A stretch of DNA of 64,000 nucleotides, from the NCBI RefSeq assembly GCF_009914755.1, contig NC_060942.1; one strand, given 5' to 3'. This document shows positions 1 to 13,876 of this stretch, piece after piece (within the stretch, counting starts at the first letter, position 1; each line of letters starts with the position of its first letter). The DNA comes from the human T2T-CHM13v2.0 reference genome, Homo sapiens. Below the pieces are notes generated by a model. The model had not been told where the DNA came from. It did not search any database and worked only from the letters and a program-made list of their open reading frames with translations. A program made the position numbers and the translations under genes.

Positions 1-164
1 TGGGGTATCTGGAGTTTGACATGTGCCTAGACTGCTTGAGAGTAGATGAGTGTGTCAAAATGGGTAGGGCCCAGATAACCTGAGATCTGGATTGTTTGAC
101 TAAGCAATTTGGCTTTTATTCTGCAGAAGATCATGAGGTATTCCAACATTTCACTTTTTCAAAT

Positions 165-1610
165 TTTTTTTTGACATAATTTTAGATTTAAAGAAAACCT
201 AAAAAAATAGTACAGGGACTTTCTATATTCCTTCATTCATCTTCTCATAGTTAACATTTTTTTAATGTATACAGTTATTGAAACCAGGAAATTAACATTG
301 GTGTTAAATAAATAATCTATGGAATAATAAAATAATCTATGGAACTTAAATAAGCTATGGAACTTAACTCCACTTTCATTCATTTCCATACTAATGTCAT
401 TTTCCATATCTAGGAACCGATCCAGTATTCCACATTTCATTTAGTGCTCATGTTTCTTTAGTTTCCTTCAATGCCTCAGTCTTTCTTCATCATGCATGAA
501 CTTTGACACTCTTTGAAGAATACTAGTTATTTTTTAGATTGTCTTTCAATTTAGAATTTTTTAATGGCTTTTCATAATTAAATTAATGCTGTACCTTTCT
601 CAATGGATACATCAGGTGGTACGCAATTGCAATACATCTTATCTGTATACACTAGAGTTGTCATATGGCAAATTTCTTCTTTATTTTCCCTTTGTAATTA
701 ATAATTATTTGTGGGGTGATACTTTGGATCTATGTAAAAATCCTACTTCATACTATGCATTAAGTCACCACTTTTATGATGATTTTGATTACGATTTTTG
801 CCTGCAAAAAATTATTACCATGATGGTTACTTCATGATGATTTCTAGTTCCATGATTTCTTCTACACTTATTAATTGGAATTCTATAACAAAGAGCTGTT
901 CATTTGCCCCTCATTATTTCTTCAATTATTTATTTCTATGAGTGTATTAATTCATTCTCATGCTTCTATAAGGACATACCAGAGACTGGGTAATTTATAA
1001 AGGAAAAATGTTTAATTGACTCACAGTTCTGCCGGGCTAGGCAGGGCTCAGAAAAACTGACAATCGCGGAGAAAGAGGAAGCAAACACGTCCTTTTTCAC
1101 AAGGAGGAAGGAGAGAGAAGAATGAGAGCCGAGCAAAAGGGGAAGCACCTTATAAAACCATCAGATCTAGTGAGAACTTACTCATTATCATAATAATAGC
1201 ATGAGGGAAACTGCCCCCATGATTCAATTACCTCCTGCCAGGTCCCTCCCACCACACATGATGATTATGGGAACTATAATTCAAGATTTGACTTAGTTGG
1301 GGACACAGCCAAACCATATCAATGAATATAGAGTCATAGATGTATGGTTTATTCTGTGGGTTTTATTCCATTACTATCATTATTTATTTTGTTTTTGTAA
1401 ATGGCTCCAGACTTGAACATCAAGAGCATCTTCAGGTTCACTCTGGTGTCTCTTTGACATGGCCCATTTTTCCTTTTTTGAGCACTTCTGTACTTTCTGT
1501 CATCACAAGCTATTCTATGATTACATTACATATGCTCTGGCCAACCCTTAGAATCAGCCGTTTCCTGAAAAATCTTTAGAGCCTTTTATTGGTGAATGCT
1601 GTTTGGAAGC
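165..1610 (-). mobile_element. Old L1 (L1MC-type) 3' fragment, interrupted by a THE1 LTR
   Basis: T-rich antisense L1 3'UTR-like sequence that resumes across the LTR insertion. Confidence 0.65.
943..1321 (-). mobile_element. THE1 (MaLR) solo LTR
   Basis: Termini tgtatta...aaccatatca; 5-bp target duplication ATGAG/ATGAA. Confidence 0.92.
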
Positions 1611-1965
1611 TGATATGGTTTGGCTCTGTGTTCCCACCCAAATCTCATCTTGAATTGTAATCCTCAGGTATTGAGGGAGGGACCTGAAATAATTGGATTA
1701 TGGAGGCAGTTTCCCTCTTGCTGTTCTCATGATAGTGAGTGAGTCTCACAATATTTGATGGTTTTAAAAGTGGCAGTTTTTCTTGTGCTCCCATTCATTC
1801 CCTTTCCTGCTGCTTTGTGAAGAAGGTTCCTACTTCCACCATGATTGTAAGCTTCCTGAGGCCTCCTCAGCCTTGCAGAACTGTGAGTCAATTAAGCCTC
1901 CATTGTTTATAAGGTATTCAGTCTTGGGTAGTATCTTTATAGCAGTGTGAGAATGCACTAACACA
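1611..1965 (+). mobile_element. THE1D/MSTA-type MaLR solo LTR
   Basis: tgatatggtttggct...actaacaca; perfect TSD GAAGC. Confidence 0.92.
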
Positions 1966-1976
1966 GAAGCCAAAAC

Positions 1977-2150
1977 CTGAAGAAGTTTAATTTATTGAAG
2001 AGCATCTCTGACAGAATTGTGGAGTATTGATTTGTTATGCAGTGGAAATAAAATTAAGGCAAATTAGAAAATCATAATTCATTTGTGACTCTGAGTGTTT
2101 AAGAAATAGAAATAGAAGGGCAAGATTTTATTAAATATATCAAAACAAAT
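1977..2150 (-). pseudogene. Copy B exon remnant
   Basis: NKIL..NTQS and YDFLICL (2056-2076) versus GREB1 QKLL..STQN and VDFLICI. Confidence 0.55.
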
Positions 2151-2519
2151 CAAATGACACTATTAAAAAAATCTTTTTCTTAGCAAGGAAGATTATTTTA
2201 CCCTCCTGTCATGCTACACTAATGACCATGCTATGTCTGCTTGCTAACGGCAAGCTTTTCAATCCAACGTAATATGGAATATAAAATAAATCTTGATCAT
2301 TTTATGCTGATTTATTTTCATAACCAGAAAATCACAAAAAGGAAAAACTATAAATATGTACATTTCTGTTCATTTTCTAACAACATGGCAGGGAAACCTT
2401 TCCACCGAAGACAGTTGGTCATGCTAGATAATATACACAAAAATTTCTTTTGATATGCAAAGTTAAGCCCTGTAAGTGCCATCAAAATTCTTGGGGCCAC
2501 AAATCAAGAGAGAAATGTG

Positions 2520-3068
2520 TATCGGGATAATTTCTTGGCTGACAATGGTAACAAATTTGTATTTGTGTATACTGTTTGGTGCTGTGTGTAGAAGTTACAA
2601 TGGGTGAAAGGAACTGGTAGATAAATCCTTCCTATTATCTCCTCCAAGGTGGATATTTCAAAAACACATTTATTATGGTAACAATTAATCCCCCATAATT
2701 ACAGGCAACTAAATAATGCATCTTTATGTCTCTACAGAAAATAAAAATAAAAAATTAGCTAGGCGTAGTGGTGCATACTTGTGGTCTCAGCTACTCAGGA
2801 GGCTGAGCCTAGGAGATCGAGGCTGCAGTGAATCCTGATCACATCACTGCACTCCAGCCTGGGCAACATAGCAACAGCCTATCTCAAAAAAAAAGGCAAA
2901 CAAAATAAAAAATAAAAGTAATAATGCATCTTTGTATTGGCTCTTTCTCTACTTCTGTGTTTCATTCATTCTATCCTTAGCTTTCTTTTCTGAATTGCAC
3001 TCTCTAATAAAGTACTTACACTTAACCATTTTCTTGGGTTCTATTTTTTTGAAATCCAGGCTAAGATA
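2520..3068 (+). mobile_element. ERVL LTR remnant (LTR16/LTR33-like)
   Basis: 3' end ctaataaagtacttac...ggctaagata resembles LTR16-family ends; hosts the Alu fragment. Confidence 0.45.
2726..2919 (+). mobile_element. 5'-truncated AluJ-type element
   Basis: Alu right arm with A-tail; TSD AATAATGCATCTTT at 2712-2725 and 2920-2933. Confidence 0.88.
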
Positions 3069-3069
3069 A

Positions 3070-3930
3070 GGTACCAATAATTAATTTTAGAAATAGAAAA
3101 TATGCAACTACAAAAGAAGACAATTTAAAAAATTAATAAGATTACATATTTTGATAAATTTTAAAACCAATAGATTAAAAGCACAATTTTATTTTAAATC
3201 ATAACTTATTAAATCTGATTTTAAAAATAAATGCCTTAACATATATCTATAGCCATATAATTAGAAATTAAAGAAAATTACACACACATGCATACACACA
3301 CACACACACACACATGAACTGACATACACAGATAGTTATGGAGGTGAGACCTGCAAAATCACAGAATACTCAAGAACGAGATCATTGCAATATTATACAA
3401 CTTATTTACAGATCAGATAAAATGAGGATGCTGAGTTACACTTCCAAACAAGATGAACAAAAAAGCACCATATTTACCCTTTTTTCCTTGAATAACTAAG
3501 AAAACTGACAAAATAAATCAAACAAGTTTTTCAAGACACTGGACATCAGACAAAGATAGAAAGTGATTCCTGACAGACAGAAAACAATGTGGACCCGATG
3601 ATTGTCCTAGCTTAGTAAACTGAGAATATTTGCAGGCCATGGTGCATGCAAGGGGAACTCAACAGAAGATCTGAGAAGCTGAGAATCAGTGGTGACCAGA
3701 GAGGCTAAAACTGGTAGGGTACAGTGCCAGTGACAAGAGGGCTCTAGAGATATGTAGAAGGACATCCTCACTTACTGAGTACTGATCAGCCTACATATAT
3801 GAGAAAACTACCTAAGGGCAAGGAAAGACCACCCAAAATGATTAAAGGAAATAGTGTTGATGCATGCATGCAGTGGAGACTAGTGTCTATTCCCAGTAGC
3901 TAGACTGGGATATGACTATTCATATTCATA
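3070..3930 (+). mobile_element. Old L1M fragments (ORF2 piece and 5' end piece) with (CA)n at 3281-3314
   Basis: A-rich L1 ORF2-like text, then acttcc..caagatg L1M 5'-end-like sequence. Confidence 0.5.
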
Positions 3931-4071
3931 TGGATATGAATATGTAATATGAATATTACACCAATCTATTTTAATTTATGATAGCATGTCTCCTTTGAGT
4001 TTGTGGGCATTAATGTATACTGCTTGAAATATTGCAAATGGATTTTCTATTGTCATTGTGGAAAAACTTAC

Positions 4072-4343
4072 AAAAACATAAATTCAAAAGGGCAAAAGAC
4101 CTAATACCACCTACTGCCAGTTCACTATTATAAATGTATTCTCAACAGTGGGAACAACATTTTAAGGCCATAAAAGTCAAGAAAATTACTAAAAATTTAA
4201 AATAGAAATCATAAGCTTCTACAGGATAATACAAATATTCATTCTTTGGGCCCCTAGAGTCAGTTAAACATTTTAATTGAATACTTCTACCACCAGAAAT
4301 CTTAGCAAATATACTTAATAAAAGATGCATAGATTTCTATTTG
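4072..4343 (-). pseudogene. Copy B exon remnant
   Basis: Donor TTT|gtaagt. HLLLSIFAKISGGRSIQLKC..KFLVIF..EYIYNSELAVGGIRSFALLNLCF versus GREB1 QLPWLASLAASSCNDSVHVIEC..NYVVII..EYQKEVNYELVTGKVDSLGAFFSTLCP. Confidence 0.72.
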
Positions 4344-4373
4344 CTATTAAACTTAAAAAAGATATGGTAGGTA

Positions 4374-7300
4374 GGGCTTCAAGATGACTGACTAGAGGTG
4401 TCTGATGCTCATTTCCTCTACAAAGAAATACCAAAGCAGCTAGTGGATAAGCACATAATGAATACAGCAGCTACGAGAGGACACTGGAATTCTTCAGGAA
4501 AGTGACATGAAAACTCTGAGGTGTGGAAGAAAAGGAAAGCGAAGCAGCCAGCCCAGCAGAGATCAACTTGAAGCCAGAAGAAACTGCCCATTGTGAGGGA
4601 AAAAGTGAAAAAGAGACCCCCAGTAGTCCGCATTTCTACCATGGACTCCTGCAATCCTAACTATGGAACAGCCCTTCAGCCCTTGTTGGCCCTGAGACTA
4701 GTATAAGTACCTCACTGACTGGAGTCCATAGGATGGCATTATTTTAGATAGGGAGTTCTTGCTGGCTCCCACATACCAAATGGGTTCCAAGCAGCTGCAA
4801 CACAGTGTCATTTTGAGAGTTTAGTGCACATCAAACTACATTCTCTCTGGGGTGCAATAGTCCCTGCATCTCCACATCCCTGGAGTCCTGCTGATATTCT
4901 CCCACATCTATGCAGAAGGCTGCCCCATAATATTATCAGCTGAATCCAGTGGTGTAGCCAGGTTCCCAGCACTCTATCTCACACAGTTCCCTATGTCCCA
5001 GAGAACAGGTAGTATAGCATATCAGAGAGGCTTCCCTTAGTATAAAAGGAAAGCTGCCTGCCCAAGGACATTGCCACTGACAGCATGCCACCTCCAGTGG
5101 CAGGTCCTCTGCATTCTCGCAGGGGCCTTCAGAAGGCTTGTGGACCAGCCAAACTGCTATCCCAGGGCCTGAAGACAACTCTGCCTCTCCTGCCATCCCT
5201 GCTAGCATCTGCCTGTACCATCAGAGGCCCTGAGGATAGATGTACCTGGCCCACCACTGCTGGCACTAGCACCAGATCATGTCATCCAGTGGACTGGGGA
5301 TTGATCTGCACCTACTGCTGTCATCACAAGTGACCAACCACGATCACTACCTGGGGGCCCAAGGACTTGCCCACACAATCTGCTGCTGCCACCACTGGCA
5401 CCCAGGCATGTCACCTGGAAGCCCAAAGACTGGCTCACCTTGACCTGTCACAACTGGTGCCTACATATTCTACCTGGGACCACAGGACCAACAACCTTGG
5501 CTCACCACCATCACCACTGGTGCCCAAGGAATATCCCCAGCAAAGCTTCACCTCAGCCTCCACAAACAGCAGCAGCTTAAGCCACTCAGGAACTCACAGA
5601 CACCACTAACATTAATTAGAACCAAATACATTGTATGGGAACTACACTACTGTACCCACCCAAAATCAAAGCCAAAGCACTTTAGCCAGTCAACAATACA
5701 GATACATATAAAGAAAAAGTCTTTCCTTATAAAACCCAATCCATAAAATCAGAAGTGCCTGTTACACCAGATGCACAGATATCAACATAAGGACACAATA
5801 AGCATTAAAAAATAAGGAAATATGACATCTCTAAAGGAACACAATAATTCTCCTATAATCAATACCCCCCAAAAGAAAATCTATGAGATGAATGAAAAAG
5901 AATTCTAAATGATATTACAGAAACTGAGTGAGATACAAGAGAACACATATGACAATACAGATACCAAGAAAACAATTAATAATCTGAAAAATAAATTCAA
6001 CTGAGACAGATATCACAAATAAAGAACAAAACCAAAATCCTGGAAATGAAAAATTCAAGGAATTAAATAAAACATGCAATTGAGAGTTTCAGCAAAGACT
6101 AAATCTGGCAGAATAAGAAATGTATGAACTTTAAGACAGGTCTTTTGAAATAACCCAGTCAGACAAAAAACAAAAAACAAAAAACACAAGAGGAAGAAGA
6201 AAGTATTAAAAAGAATGAAGAAAGCCTGTGTGACATATGGGACACCATAAAGTGAACAAATATTCTAATTTTGAAAGTTCCAAAAGAAGAAGAGATCAGC
6301 AGAACCATAGAAGACATATTCAACAAAATAATAGCTGAAAGTTCCCTAATATTTCATTATATAGACATCCAGGTTAAAAAAAATAAAAGCTCACAGATTT
6401 TCAAATAGATTCAACCCCAAAATGTCTTCTACACAGCACATTATAGTCAAACTCTCAAAGTCACAGACAAAGAGAGATTTCTAAATACAGCAAGAGAAAA
6501 GCATCAAGTCACACCAAGGGAATCCGCAGCAGATTAACAGTGGATTTTACAACAGAAATTTTATAGGCTAGGAGGAAATCGAATGATATATTCAAAGTGA
6601 TGAAAGAACAAATCTCCAGTCAAGAATACTGTTTCCACCAAAGCTATCCTTTAAAAATGATGAAGAAATAAAGTATTTTCAAGACAAGGAAAGGCTGAGG
6701 GAATTCATCACTACTAGACTGATCCTATAAGAAATACTAAAGAGGGTCCTATATATGAAAGTAAAAGGAAAATATCTGCTATCAAGAAAACACATGAAAA
6801 TATAAAACCCACTGCTAGAGCAGATATGCAAATGAAAAAGAGAAAAGAATCAAAAGTTATCACTATAAAAACCTCTTTATTATTGTAAAGGTTAGCAATA
6901 AAAAAGGAATAAAGGAACAAAGGATATACAAAACTATCAGAAAACAATTAACAAAATAACAGGAGTAAGTCTTCACCTAACAATAGCAACCTTGAATATA
7001 ATTGGTTTAAATTACCCAATTAAAATATATCCACTGGCTGAATGGATTAAAAGAAGAAAAAGGTCCAACTATATGCTACCTACAAGAAATTTGCCTCACC
7101 TGTAAAGACATATTTACAACAGACAGGAAGGCATGAAAAAAGATACTACAGATGAGCAGAAACCAAAGGCATGCAGGAGTAGCTATATTTATAAAAGAAA
7201 AATATACTTAAATAAAAAAATTAAAAGTGACAAGAAGGTTACTATGTAATAATAAAGAAATCAATTCAAAAAGGGGATATAACAGTTGTGAATATATGTG

Positions 7301-10300
7301 CACCCCAAACTGGAGCACCCAGATATATAAAACAAATATTAGAACTAAAGAGAGATATAAGATTCAATATAATAACAAAGACTTCAACACCCAATTTCAG
7401 CACTGGACAGATCACCAAGAGAGAAAATCAACAAAGACTAATCAGACTTGATCTTCACTGTAAAGCAAATGGACCTCACAGACATTTACAGAGCATTTTA
7501 CCCAACAGCTACAGAATATGCTTTCTTCTCATTAGTGCATAAAACATTCTCTAGGATAGACATATGTTAGGCCACAAAACTAGTTTCAACAAGTGTTTGA
7601 AAATTGAAGTTATATCAAGTATCTTCTAGGACCACAATAAAATAAAACTGAAAATCAGTAACAAAAGGACACTTGGAAATTCTAAAAATACATAGAAATT
7701 AAGCAGCATGCTCCTGAACAATCGAGTTCACAAAGAAATTAAAAAAAGAAATTTGAAGGATATTGGAAACAAACGAAAATCGAAATGCAATATATGAAAA
7801 CTTATTGGATACAGCAAAAGTAGTGCTAAGAGAGAAGTTTCTAGCAATAAATGCCTACCTTTGAAAAGTAGAAAAATTTCCAACAATTTAACAATGCACC
7901 TCAATGAACTAGAAAAGCAAGAGCAAACCAAAACTCAAATTAGGGCAGAAAAAGAAATAATAAAGAGGAGAGCATAACTAAACAAAATAGAGACGAAAAA
8001 ATCAATAGAAACAATCAATAAAACAATGTTGGTTGTTTGAAAAGTTGAACAACTGATAAACTACCTTGACTAAAAAAACAAAAAAGAAGTCTCAAATAAT
8101 AAAATGAGAAACAAAAAAAGGACACATTACAATGGATACTACGGAAATACAAAATATTATTAGAGACTTTTATGAACAACTTAATGCCAACAAATTGAAA
8201 AACCCAGAGGAAATGGATAAATTTCTGGACAGAACCTATCAAGATTGAACAAAAAAGGAATTGAAAACAAGAACAAACTAATTATGAGTACTGAGATTGA
8301 GTCAATAATAAAATATCACCCACAAAAGAAAAGTCCAAGACTCGTCAGCTTTACTGCTGAAATCTTCCAAACATTAAAACAAATCTAATACCAACTGGTC
8401 TCAAATTATTCCAAAAAAATTAAAGAGGAAGGAATAATTTCTAACTTATGCTATGAGGCCAGCATTACCTTAATAACAAAACCCACCAGACAAGGATACA
8501 ACACAAAAAGAACACTACAGGCTAATATCCCTAATGAACATAGATGCAAAAATTTTCAACATAGTACTAGCAAACTGAATCCAACAACATATCAAAAAGA
8601 CAATACATCATGCTCAAGTAGACTTTTATCCAAGAATGAAAAGATGATTCAACATACACAAATCAATAAATGTGATACAGTACATCAACACAATGAAGGA
8701 CAAAAACCATGATACTCTCAGTACACGCAGAAAAAGCATTTGATAAGAGTCAACATTGCTTCATGATAAAAATTCTCTATATTTTAGGCATGGAAAAAAC
8801 AAACCTCAACATAATAAAGACCACATATGACAAACTCATAACAAACATCATATTGAATGTGGAAAATCTGAACATCTTTTCTCTAAGAACTGGAACAAGA
8901 CAAGAATGATCACTGTTATCACTCTGATTCAACAAAGCACTGGAAATTCTAGCTAGACCAATCAGACAAAAGAAACAAATAAAAGGCATACAAATTAGAA
9001 AAGAGAAAGTAAAGTTATCCCTCTTTGTACATAACATAATCTTACATATAGAAAAATCTCAGGACTCCACCAAAGAAAATGTTAGAACTGACAAATTCAG
9101 TAAAGTTACAGAATAAAAAATTAACTTATATCTGTAGCATTTCTATACACCAATAACTAGTTGAAAAGAAATCAAGAAAGCAATCCCACTTAGAATAGCT
9201 ACAAAAAGAAGCCTAAGAATAAATTTAACTAAAGAGATGAAGCACCTCTACAGCAAAGTCTACAAATCACTGATGAAAGAAATTGAAAAGGACACAATTA
9301 GAAATACATCTATGCTCATGAATAAAAATAATTAATATCAACTTAAAATTATCATGCTACCCAAAGCAGTTACGAAATTCAAGGCAATCTGTATCAAAAT
9401 ACCAATGACTTTCTTCACATCAATAGAAAAGCAATTCTAAAATTCATAATGGAACTACAAAAGAACCTGAATAGTCAAAGCAATACTGAGGAAAAATAGC
9501 AAAACTGATTGCATCACACTACCAGGCTTCAAAATATACTAAAAAACTATGGTAACCAAACACTATGGTATTGATATAAAAAAAGTAGAAAAGTGGAACA
9601 GAATATAGAACTCAGAAATCAACGAACATATTCATAGCTACTTGATTTTCCACAAAGGCACCAAGAATGTACAATAAACTCACCAGGAATGCACCAAGAG
9701 GGGAAAGAACATCCTCATCAATAAATTAAATTGCATGGGAAAACAGGATATCCATATGCAAAAGAGGAAACTAGATCCTTATCTCTCACCATATATAAAA
9801 ATTAATTCAAAGTTGATTAAGAGCTTAAATGTAAGCCCTAAACTATAAAACTAGTAGAAGGAGACAAGGGAAATGCTTCAGGACATTTGTCTAGGCAAAA
9901 ATCTTTGGCTAAGGCTTTAATAGTACAAGCAACAAAACAAAAAATACACAAATGGAACTATATTAAACTAAAAATCTTCACAGCAAAAGAAACAATCTAT
10001 AGAGTGAAGACACAACGTGTAAAATGGGAGGCAATATTTGGAAATGATTCATCTAACAATGAACTAATATCCAGAATACACAAGTAACTCATGCAAATTA
10101 ACAACAACAACACAAAAAACAAATAATCTCATTGAAAAGTGGTCAAAGATCTGAATAGACTTTTTCAAAAGAAAACATACAAATGGCCAACAGATATATT
10201 AAAAATGGTTAGCATTACTAATCAGGAAAATTAAAAAGCAAATTTGATATTGTGAATCAAAGTATCCACAATGAGATATGATCTCAACCAAGTTAGAATG

Positions 10301-11805
10301 GCTGTTAACACAAAGAGAAGAAAAATAGCTAATGCTGTTGAGAATGTAGAGAAAAAGGAACTCATATACTGTTGGTGAGAATATAAATTAGTACAGCCAT
10401 TTTGACAAACAGTATGGAGATTTCTCAACCAATTAAAAATAGAACTTCCATGTGATCCAGCAATTCTATTATTGCAAAGTATATCAAAAAGATACCTGTA
10501 CCCCTATATTTATTGCAGTACTAGTCACAATACAAAAATATGGAATAAATATGTATCTATCAATGTATGGATAAGATAAAGAAAATGCGATGTGTGTGTG
10601 TATATATATACACACACATATATGTATATATATAAAATATGTATATGCACACATAATATATAATATATACATATATAATATCTATATATAATATGCACAC
10701 AAATCTGTATATATTATATACACATGTTATATATAATATATACATATAATATATACATTATATAATATATACAATATGTATATTATATATAATGTATACA
10801 TTATATATAATATATAATATATAATATATATAATATATAATATATAATATATATAATATATAATATATAATATATAATATATAATATATAATATATAATA
10901 TATAATATATATAATATATAATATATAATATATATAATATATAATATATAATATATAATACATAATATATATAATGTATATAATATATATTATATAATAT
11001 ATAATGTATATAATATATAATATATATAATATATAATATATAATATAATATATATAATGTATATAATATATATTATATAATATATAATATATATAATATA
11101 TATTATATAATATATAATATATATTATATAATATATAATGTATATATTATATATTATATATACCGTATAATGTAATATATAATATATACATTATATACAC
11201 ACATATACATATTATATATAATGTTTACATTATATACATATATAATGTATATATTATATATAAAATGTATATATAATGTGTGTGTGTATATATACACAAT
11301 GGGATACTATTCAGTTATTCAAGAGAATAAAAAAGTGAATGAATTCCTGTCATTTGCAGCAACATGGATGGAACTGAATTATATTCACTTATGTTAAGTG
11401 AAATAATCCATTCACTGAAAGACAAATATCACATGTTCTCACTTATGTGGGAACTAAATAAATTTATCTCATGGATGTAGAGTGTAATGATGGTTACAAG
11501 GGACCAGTAAGCGTGCGGTCAGGGGATGAAGGAGGTTGCTTAATGGGTGTAGACCTATAGATAAATAGTACAAATAAGTTCTGGTATTCAATAGCACAGT
11601 TGGGTCTCTATAGTTAACAATAATAGATTATATATTTCAAAATAGCTAGAAGAGAAGATTTGAAATATTTTCAATATGATGAAATGACAAATGTTTGAGG
11701 TGATGAATATCCTAATTACCCTGTTTTGATCATTAAACATTGTATGTATCAAAATATCACATGCATTCCATAAATATGTTTATTATTATGTATGAAATTT
11801 TTTAA
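4374..11805 (+). mobile_element. Near full-length degenerate LINE-1 (L1MA4/5-like 3' end)
   Basis: 5'UTR, then ORF1 remnant (~5820-6850), then ORF2 endonuclease/RT remnants (NICAPQTGAPRYIKQIL; AEKAFDKSQHCFMIK), then an L1MA-type 3'UTR. Confidence 0.93.
10590..11297. repeat. ~700-bp AT-rich simple repeat, core (TATATAA)n
   Basis: Directly visible; flanked on both sides by (TG)n(TA)n CAC. Confidence 0.97.
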
Positions 11806-11859
11806 ACTACGTTGAATACTTTACATTCATTAGAATTATAAGCAAGCAAACAAATACAA

Positions 11860-12230
11860 CTGGCAAAGTCAAATGGTGAGCATGTAGAAGTTTCCATCAG
11901 TGCTAGAGGAAGTAGAAACTCATAAAAACCCCTTTAAAACACACACGCACACACACATATATGTATGTGCACCCATACACATATATTACACACATACATA
12001 TGTATATATATGTGTGTGCCTAGCCTTTGACACAGCATTCTCTCTTTGAAGCATTTTCCCAAGAGAAATAAAATCATCTATCAGTTATAAGATGTATAAA
12101 AAAATTTACAACAGCTTTAGTCACAATAGCCCCAAACTGAAAATAATGCAAGAGTACATTAACAGATAAATGCAAAAACAAATTGTTGCATATCCTTACA
12201 ATTAAAACATGACCAATTTTATGCAAAGTC
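11860..12230 (+). mobile_element. L1ME-type 3' fragment with CA/TA microsatellite
   Basis: Motifs cctttgacacagcattc and cacaatagccccaaactgaaaataa. Confidence 0.55.
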
Positions 12231-12299
12231 AACATTGGCAGACGTACTCCATCATGAAAGTACAACCCACCTCTCTTTACTGCCACCCAATTCATTAGA

Positions 12300-12826
12300 C
12301 CATTATCTGCCTTTGTGCCCTGACAAGGTTTCCTTCAACTGGTGGTCAGGATACAACTCAAGCATGATCTATTTGAAATTTAGATTTAATTTTATATTGA
12401 CATCCATAAGTGAGTCTTGACTAAATAAACTTTTTGTAAAAATGTTAAGTTGAACATATTATTTATTAAAGATGATGAGCCGTTGTTATTGTTGTTTATG
12501 CCATATGTGAGGTTGGCAGGCCAGGCCACTTAAACCTCATTTTCATAGAAGAAAAGTTGGGTCTCCACATATAATTGCTGTAGTAAAGTTGTAAAGTTTG
12601 TTTTAATTACAATGTATTTTTCTAAATGTTATTTCTTGTTTGCAAAGAGTCACATTCTCTGATGAATGCTGTGTTAAATTAGGCAGCACTTGTGGAATCT
12701 GGTTGCTGTGTAAAATTCTAAACACCACTTGTTTTATTGGAAAGAAATTACATTCATCAGTGAATGAGTCATTAAAGATATGTATATCCACCTCAGCTGT
12801 GTTATCTTGAAGTCTTAGGCTGAAAG
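12300..12826 (-). pseudogene. Copy B exon remnant
   Basis: Acceptor ttttttgcttttag. FS..IFNDSFTDECNFFPIKQ versus FSG..[28 protein letters not shown] and LTFLQKVYL mirror copy A LECGNPKF and MSEIQKQIL. Confidence 0.65.
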
Positions 12827-13059
12827 CTAAAAGCAAAAAACAAACCCCTTTAATATTTCAAAAGTGGACATAACTTTTTGTGTAATCAAAATCTTTCTGG
12901 ATTTATTATACCTGCTAGATCAATTCTCATTAGCAATTTTTAAAATAAAATTAATTCCTTCTATTATTTTTTCCTTTATTAAATTCACAGATTATGGGAA
13001 AAATGGCTTGATTTTTTTAAGTTCTTTATTTCATTATGTTATTTTCTTTTGCTTTACAC

Positions 13060-13662
13060 CATATGGGTCCTATTGAGATTTAGAAATCTGTTGCAGCTTC
13101 CAATATGTTTTCTACCTGAAGCTAAAGCAAGGAAGTCTTTAAAATTATGTCGGCATAAAATGTTGATAAAATACTATAAAAATGAAAGTTTCAACCCATA
13201 AAAAATAAGTTTTGAGTTATATAACAATGTTCAACATGAGATATATAAAAATCTAAGGTATGAAAATATAAATATTGCTTTTCTAAGTTATTAAACAGCT
13301 TTGAAGTAACTGATTTTCATCATACTACAGTTAATCTTTTTTAAAAAGAAAAGTGAGAAAGAAATAAGACCCAAAAGCTCACTTCAAAACATAGTGAGGC
13401 CAGGTGTGGTAGTTCACACTTGTAATCCCAACCCTTTGGAAAGCTGAGGAAGAAGGATGGCTTGAGATCAGGAGTTCAAGACCAATTTGGGCAATATAGT
13501 GAGACCGTCATCTCTACCAAAAAAAAAAAAACATCAAAAACAACAGTGAAATATTATGAGAATGTCCCTTGCCTGTGCAACATTTTACTACTTACAAGCT
13601 ACCTTTAGGTACCCAGCTTCTTGCTATACATTATATTGTACACTGTGCTGTACAACACAGTT
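13060..13662 (-). pseudogene. Copy B exons 13662-13596 and 13121-13060
   Basis: cccaccctttcag..CTT|gtaagt. LCCTAQ..WVPKG and ENILEAAT/RFLNLNRTH versus GREB1 GCCTTD..DVPAG and DHLLVCAVDKRFLPDDNGH. Confidence 0.62.
13398..13531 (+). mobile_element. FLAM / Alu left monomer
   Basis: ggccaggtgtggtagttcacac...tctctacc(A)n. Confidence 0.88.
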
Positions 13663-13876
13663 CTGAAAGGGTGGGAATCTAACAAATGTACTCAGAGACA
13701 TTTGTTACATTCTCCACAGGCTCTGTCCACATATAAGAATTATCAAAAATGGCTTACAAAGGCCAAATTACTATAATAAATTATACACAGGCAGCTCTTA
13801 ACATGCAAATGAGATTCATCCCCAAACACGTGTTTCACACCATCTTAGCTGCACATCTCCCCACCACCCTACTCAC

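Noticed and set aside
10484-10963. Tyr/Ile-rich ORFs
   Set aside because: Translations of the AT simple repeat.
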